DNA of 53,179 bases from Macrostomum lignano (taxonomy: Eukaryota). Both the position numbers and the translations under genes were made by a program. Numbering within the stretch: the stretch's first letter is position 1; every line of letters starts with the position of its first letter. Below, piece after piece: positions 46,693-53,179 of this stretch. The stretch is taken from assembly GCA_002269645.1 (NCBI GenBank), contig NIVC01004252.1:1-53179 (forward strand), read 5' to 3'. The notes below the pieces were generated by a model. It was not told the origin of the DNA. It worked only from the letters and a program-made list of their open reading frames with translations, and did not search any database.

Positions 46693-46995
46693 CTAACGCT
46701 GGTTCAAATCGGCGATCATTCGACGAAACACGGGCGACACGCTGGCAAGATGGGCGGAGTTTGCGTACAGCTCCTTGCCGTCCACAACCAGAGTGATCTG
46801 TCGCCACTCAGCAGTCTCCTGGTCCCTCTCTGCCGGATCCACGCGTGCCGACAGCAGCGCACTCTCCCTAGTCTGGCCCGTCTCCCAGGCCTCGATTGAC
46901 TGAAACGGCTGGTCCTCCGGCTTTGTGCCGCTGGCGCCATTGGCTGTCTGAGAGTTGGGTTGGAACCCGAATCCTGGGCGATGGTTGTTCGCCAT
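46693..46995 (-). CDS. N-terminal part of a BTB/POZ domain protein (exon or truncated ORF)
   Basis: QITLVVDGKELYANSAHLASVSPVFRRMI is the start of a BTB domain; possible GTTAGT donor at 46697. Confidence 0.65.
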   Translation of the reverse strand: MANNHRPGFGFQPNSQTANGASGTKPEDQPFQSIEAWETGQTRESALLSARVDPAERDQETAEWRQITLVVDGKELYANSAHLASVSPVFRRMIADLNQR

Positions 46996-49900
46996 ATCGC
47001 TAAGTCTTTATTGCAACGGTTTTTTCTGTTCTAGATGCAACTGCTAGTAAGCTTACGGCTTTGCCTTTCTGTCGAGTTTCTTTCTGTATTTCTCATCTTT
47101 TTTACCTAGCTTGCCTGGCCTACCCCCTCCTCTCCTCGCGATGCGAAATAGAGACGAGAGGTTTAGCCTCGGTTGCTAAGTTCCTATAGGAGCCAGTTGG
47201 TTTTGTTTGCGTGCTCAAGCGTCGCAGAGAGACCCCTGGTTATGAAAAACTGACAATTCGCTCTGACCTATTGCACAGTTTTTGTGTCCTAGGCTGCTCT
47301 ATTGAGAGGCGTTCAATTGTGCGGGCGCGATGAGGGCCATCATACTAGAGCTACAAACGGTGTTTGAGCAAACTGAAATGAGCAAATTAACTCAGGCAGC
47401 ACTGTAGGATCGTTTTTCTCTCAAATCTTTTATTTAATTTGTGTACATTTCTTTTTTGTATTTCTCACCTGACTGTCGGAGGAGTGCTCAAACGATAGCT
47501 AGTGCACCAGGAATTACTGCTTGCGATATTTAAACGTCTTGGGGGGCTTTTCAAGTTTGCATTGAAGCTTCAAGATTTCTTGATGGAAATCAAATTAAAA
47601 TCAAGTGTTAGCAGAAATCTACCCAAAATAAAAATCTATGTACCAATGACTACTTAAGTAGAGAAGCATGTATCATTCTTAGCTGGCTGTGTAAAACATA
47701 TGTAACACAGAATGATGAAATAGATCCATAAAATCAATGAGTCGAGCTATGCCATTTTTATGACTTTTAGCTAAAAAGCAAAACATATCAAAGGTTGAAC
47801 TTTGGGTCTGCCTCTCCTATCGGAAGCACTAGCTATTTGTTGCGATGACAAGACGAAAGTCTTCATTCTCCCTAATGTATATTTTTTTCGGTAAAACCTG
47901 CCTCCTAAAATTTTCCAAGAAAGGTAATTTCCCGTCCTACTACTTAAGTAGTCCTGATATGCATAGGTAGGTACTTGAAGTAATTATTGGATTAAGTAGC
48001 ACAAAATGTAACACGAGATACTTAATATCAGATTGTTGAACTATATAACTAGAAGTTTGAAGCAAATCGGTTGAGCCGTTTTTTCTCCAATCGATCACAT
48101 AGATAGATAGTCACAGACAAACCATTTTTAGTATATTGGATGGACGATCACATACCTAGATGCACTCATATTCTTTAAAGCAAACTCGAGAATATTTTCA
48201 TTTTATCAAGTTGAAGGTACCAAAAATTCTTCAGGCTGATGTTGAACGAGTAAATTACGCGAGCGCGAGCTCGATATAATTCCGCCCATGATATTTAGGT
48301 GCCTTCATAAACCAAAATTAAAACCACTTAGATTTTTATCACGGAAGCTATGCTTGTTTAAAAGATGTCACCGCATCGGCATCAAAAGTTAAAGTTATTA
48401 GACTTAATGAGTAATGAGAACTGAGACTTCTGTGAGGCTGAACTGTAAGTGGGTAAACAATCGAATTCGTTGCTATAAAATAGAATAATTGATTTCAAAC
48501 TAACAAACAACGAACGACAAGCAACCTCGAGCTGCAGTTAATATTTTAAGCATATCGATCTGCCAAAAAGCAATTTAGATTATATTGCAACAACATTCAA
48601 AATACATGTATATTTGCGAATTTTAGTTTGCACAAAATGAAAAAAATGTTTTTGCGCACGCAAATTATAAATGTTAATTTTGCTGTAAATTCTACTCGTA
48701 CAATTACTTGGTCTACTACTAATATAAGTAGCAATCTAGCAAGCAGAAACATTAGAAACAACAACAGTAGCTTTATTTCAGGCGCTGTGCAGCATTATAG
48801 AACAAAAAACAGTAGTGAAAAGAATGAACTTTTTCCTCGCCGTCCAATGGCTTTTATAAACAACGATATCTTACTTATGTAGCTTTTGTAATAAAAATTA
48901 ATAAATAGGTTTATCGCGGCTATAATAAGCGTATACCGATTGCAATTAATTCTGACAGATATATGCGGCGTGTGAGCATTTCCCGAGATACTGCTTTTAG
49001 CTAGAAAATATATAGTTTGCTAATCTTAACAGCTGGACTTAGGTTAATATTAATTACTTGTTCTTTTTATCTGATTTAGCCAAACAAAACTGGAAAACGT
49101 CGGTGCAAAACCTTATAATTTGGCGAAAATATCAACCCACAGATTTTCTATAATCCTGCTAAGAGGTTTTTTGAAACTTGTGAGAAAAGTTCCACTGGGA
49201 AAAATTGTGTCCTATTTTATCTCAACACTTATAAATGATTCAGTGTGAAAGGAACTTTGGGCAACTTTCAACCAAAATGAACTCATCGTTAAAATCGGTT
49301 GAATTAAAAATCAAATATAAAACGTGACTTGATGATAAATATCTTCTGTCATTAAAAACTGGGCCGAATATCATTAAAAATATCCTTTTACAACGTTTAG
49401 ATAGTAAAAATAGTAACAGATAAGCAACAGATCACAGACTTGGACTGAAAACTGACCCAATAATCTGTATAACGATAATTACGATACATAATATTCTTAA
49501 ATTTCGCGTCTAGAATGTTTTTTGTTTAAACCGACAATCTGCTTGGTAAGAAACTTTTATAAAAGTAATGGTCGAACTTAACATTGTTTGCGTAATTAAG
49601 TAACTATTAAAACTATTAAATCAACCGATTTAAACAAAAAATACACGAACTGAATTCAGAGCATCAGCTACTCATACATCTAAATTTAATGCTTAGAAGT
49701 GCGAAAGCAGCAACTAATTAAAAAGACTTTATAAGCAGAAACAGTAATATTTTTAGGAAATCAAGCTGATTGCTCAGACGATACACGAGCGAATATGATC
49801 AACTACATTATAAATGGACAGCAAATAACGTTTCATGAGCAAGGATGAAATTAGTAACTTGGGCCTCACGTTTCAAATACACTGTAGCTATTAAAGATTC

Positions 49901-50386
49901 AACAAGAGCGTCGGTACATGCAAGCTATCAGGATCTACTTTGAAACTACGTACCGATCAAATATTGTACAATAAAATCAGCTCATGAAAAAATTAACAAA
50001 ATTACTCGTATTTGCAGCAATTTCATTTTTGTAAAAGCAGTGCATGCTGCAAATACATTTGTAATACACTTATTTTACAAAATTGCGACAACATTTTTAA
50101 AAAAAGCAAAGCCAAAAACCGATTTAAAGCTTGAAGCAATAATTTTTCAGCTTTCACAGACTCTAACTAATGCGTGACGATGGCGACGGAGCTTTTAAAA
50201 GTTGTGGGGGCGATCAGAGTTGATTTTGTGAATTTACAATGCAAACAACCCAATCGACTCGTGAATAAATGGGGCATGACGTTATTATGGGGATCATCGC
50301 AGTCGGTCGAGTGCAAAACAGCAGATTATACTCGTATTGATAACCGATGATCAATTGATATCACAATTAGCAATGATTCGATCAGA

Positions 50387-50802
50387 TCAAACGAACATTG
50401 AATGACGTTTTTCAGTTCGGTTATTGTCCAAAATTGGACAGGCAATTATTGGCAGTTGCTGTTGCCTCTGCTGCTGCTGTTGCTGTTGATGAGTAACTCC
50501 ACTATTGTAAAGCATTGCTGGCGGAGATCCTGGCGGCTTCGGGGCTTGTGGCTTTAGACGCCTTCTATTGGCCATGGTGACATTGGATTCGCTGTAGAGT
50601 CGCGGTCTGAGGTGAAATCCCGGTCTGGGGCTGGGCTGTTGTTGGTCAGAGGAGGGATTCGTTGATGCTGCTGATGTAGACGCTTCTGGATGACTATCAG
50701 GGGGCGGTGCGGTAAAGGTGAGAGTTGGTATCGAGCTGGTGCTCCCGGATAAGTTGGCCTGGGTCACCGTGTGCCGCTTGCTGCTAAATGTTGATTTCTC
50801 GG
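50387..50802 (-). CDS. Probable terminal exon of a gene lying beyond the window; low-complexity Pro/Ser/Gln-rich tail
   Basis: Polypyrimidine acceptor TTTCTTCCTATTTTAG at 50818-50803; GC rises from that point; poly-Q tract. Confidence 0.55.
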
Positions 50803-51669
50803 CTAAAATAGGAAGAAATTTAAATTGTTGTTCCGTAGGATTTCTGTAGTTTACTTTTACAGACCAAGTTGTATGCCATTGTCGGCTGATTTTCCATGCA
50901 AGAATGGCATTCTTGCACTCTTTTGCGTGCAGGAATGGATGTCTATGGTAAAATCTCACTGAAAAAGCATTAGGCGCAGAAATGCATTCCTGCACGGTTT
51001 TGTGCATTCCTGCACGATGAATCATCCGACAATGGAATTCCTTCACGTTCACTCGTGCGTGAAGGACATCGTGCACTCGTGCGCTAGCGCGCACTCGTGC
51101 AGATGTCATTCCCGCACTCGTGACCGTGCAGGAATATATCAGTGCATGCAATTATAGGCGTGCATTTCGATAGGTTTAGGAAAATTATGCAAGGTTAAGT
51201 TCGGATTACATAATATTAACAGTCAAGAAGACCAGCTACAAAGTATTGTCTAAAAAAGAAAGTTGAAGCATCTAGGAGCATTACGGCAAGCCAAACTTCA
51301 AAGCAACATTTAAAAACATTATAAAAATCTATAAATCTTTTTTTGGGCGACCAAGATGTCAAATTAACGTCCATGGAGATTAAACAGCTTTATATTATTT
51401 GTGCAATTTATTATAGTTTCGTAATAGTGATTGGTGGTTGCTTTTAAAATGAGGACAGCAGAGAACGTTTGACTTTTAGAGAGAAGAGGAGAGAGCAGGT
51501 CAACTACTGCATTTGCACGCTCTATACAGACCTAAAAAATGGCGAGTATATTTCTGTTAAAATTGAGTCCTTTTATCGATTAGTCGTTCAAATATAATTT
51601 GTTTATAAATTTGATATTAAACGGCTTATTTAGTGCTTTGTAGCTCGTATATGGTGTCTTGTTTTGCGC

Positions 51670-52495
51670 TCCTGTCTCCTAGATGGGTGCCCCTGTCTCC
51701 TAGATGGGTGCCCCTGTCTCCTAGATGGGTGCCCCTGTCTCCTAGATGGGTGCCCCTGTCTCCTAGATGGGTGCCCCTGTCTCCTAGATGGGTGCCCCTG
51801 TCTCCTAGATGGGTGCCCCTGTCTCCTAGATGGGTGCCCCTGTCTCCTAGATGGGTGCCCCTGTCTCCTAGATGGGTGCCCCTGTCTCCTAGATGGGTGC
51901 CCCTGTCTCCTAGATGGGTGCCCCTGTCTCCTAGATGGGTGCCCCTGTCTCCTAGATGGGTGCCCCTGTCTCCTAGATGGGTGCCCCTGTCTCCTAGATG
52001 GGTGCCCCTGTCTCCTAGATGGGTGCCCCTGTCTCGTAGATGGGTGCCCCTGCCTCCTAGTGGTTGGGCGTCCCTGTCTCTTAGTGGATGGGCGTCCCTG
52101 TCTCTTAGTGGGTGAGCGTCCCTGTCTCTTAGTGGGTGGGCGTCCCTGTCTCTTAGTGGGTGGGCGTCCCTGTCTCGTAGTGGGTGAGCGTCCCTGTCTC
52201 TTAGTGGGTGAGCGTCCCTGTCTCTTAGTGGGTGGGCGTCCCTGTCTCTTAGTGGATGGGCGTCCCTGTCTCTTAGTGGGTGGGCGGATCCCTGTCTCTT
52301 AGTGGATGGGCGTCCCTGTCTCTTAGTGGGTGAGCGTCCCTGTCTCTTAGTGGGTGAGCGTCCCTGTCTCTTAGTGGGTGGGCGTCCCTGTCTCTTAGTG
52401 GGTGGGCGTCCTTGTCTCTTAGTGGGTGGGCGTCCCTGTCTCTTAGTGGGTGGGCGTCCCTGTCTCTTAGTGGATGGACGTCCCTGTCTCTTGGT
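51670..52495 (+). repeat. Tandem array of about 18 copies of a 21-mer (CCCTGTCTCCTAGATGGGTGC) followed by about 18 copies of a 24-mer (CCCTGTCTCTTAGTGGRTGRGCGT)
   Basis: Direct reading; unit length switches at about 52050. Confidence 0.95.
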
Positions 52496-53179
52496 CGACA
52501 CCTGTTTTGTTGAACTACTCCTAGGCCGTTGGATAAACCTGTCCAAGAGGATGCTATTCTTTTATGAAGGAGCGCAATTGTTGCCAGGGCGATTGGCCCC
52601 TGTGCCTATGCCAGTGGGCTAAGAATAATTCAATAATATACGAGGTTAGCAACAAAACGTGAACATCAACACGAGATTGTACTGACTCTAGACAACATAT
52701 AAAACAGGTTTGATAATATATTTTGTAGAAATATAGTTAGAATATAGTAGAAAGCTGTCGTGCACTCAACAGTGCCACAGACGCTTCCGAGGACTGAATG
52801 GTCAGCAACACTACTAATCTGTTATAAAATACCTTCTTCTTGCGTCCGTCGCATCCGTCTTGTTAGCTGTTGCGAAAGAGATGTGCAGCAATAAAGTATA
52901 ATGCATTTGTGTATATTGGTGCCCATAAAAAACTGAGTAAGAAAAACAAAGGTTGTTTTTTATCGCGGAACGGCCATCAACACGTTAATCTTTGGCGCAG
53001 AGAAGATCGAGTAAATTAATTACTTTAGTTACCCCCCCCCCTTGCGTGCAACGCATTCAGGTTCAGGGCTATCCACAAGTGAAAATTTTCGCTAGGTAAA
53101 GATGGAGGTGCAAAGTAAGAAATACAATGTCAAAGGCAACTCGAAACGGCCACCCATGTCAACTAACTGACGTGTATTT

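Noticed and set aside
43068-48882. ORFs 43068-43412 and 48628-48882
   Set aside because: AT-rich, no motifs and no splice support.
50803-51151. N-terminal half of ORF 50387-51151
   Set aside because: Lies upstream of a strong acceptor and contains short TGCA-rich repeats; likely intron.
51626-52622. Repeat ORFs on both strands as proteins, or the array as CRISPR
   Set aside because: Pure tandem units with no spacers and no cas genes; several frames are open simply because the unit lacks stops.

Overview
Eukaryotic (invertebrate animal) genomic DNA with GT-AG introns and the standard code. The retroelement style recalls Macrostomum-type flatworms, but that is unverified. Bases 1-13460 are the right part of an AT-rich endogenous Maverick/Polinton (adintovirus-like) element. 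It carries the major capsid C-terminus, packaging ATPase, penton, adenain-like protease, a repeat/discoidin/lectin fibre, small ORFs, a protein-primed PolB, pX-like core precursors and an ...ACTACT terminus. Most of its genes are broken by 1-nt frameshifts, often in short homopolymers, which could be assembly error or decay. The most unusual signal is a family of 32-nt GC-rich double-hairpin elements (AT-CG..CG-CG..CG-AT) whose stems covary between copies and which sit in frame inside viral genes, adding exactly 10 codons. The host part holds a multi-ankyrin TRP channel (modelled 15977-25670) plus an orphan paralogous last exon next to the Polinton, an orphan ORF head-to-head with a 5-exon ankyrin gene, an intact 6-exon perforin-2/Mpeg1 gene, and a second 5'-truncated copy that may be spliced to a BTB exon. 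It also has two RTE-type LINE fragments, a tRNA-derived SINE family, an inverted satellite pair and a 21/24-mer tandem array. All calls come from manual reading; no searches were run.
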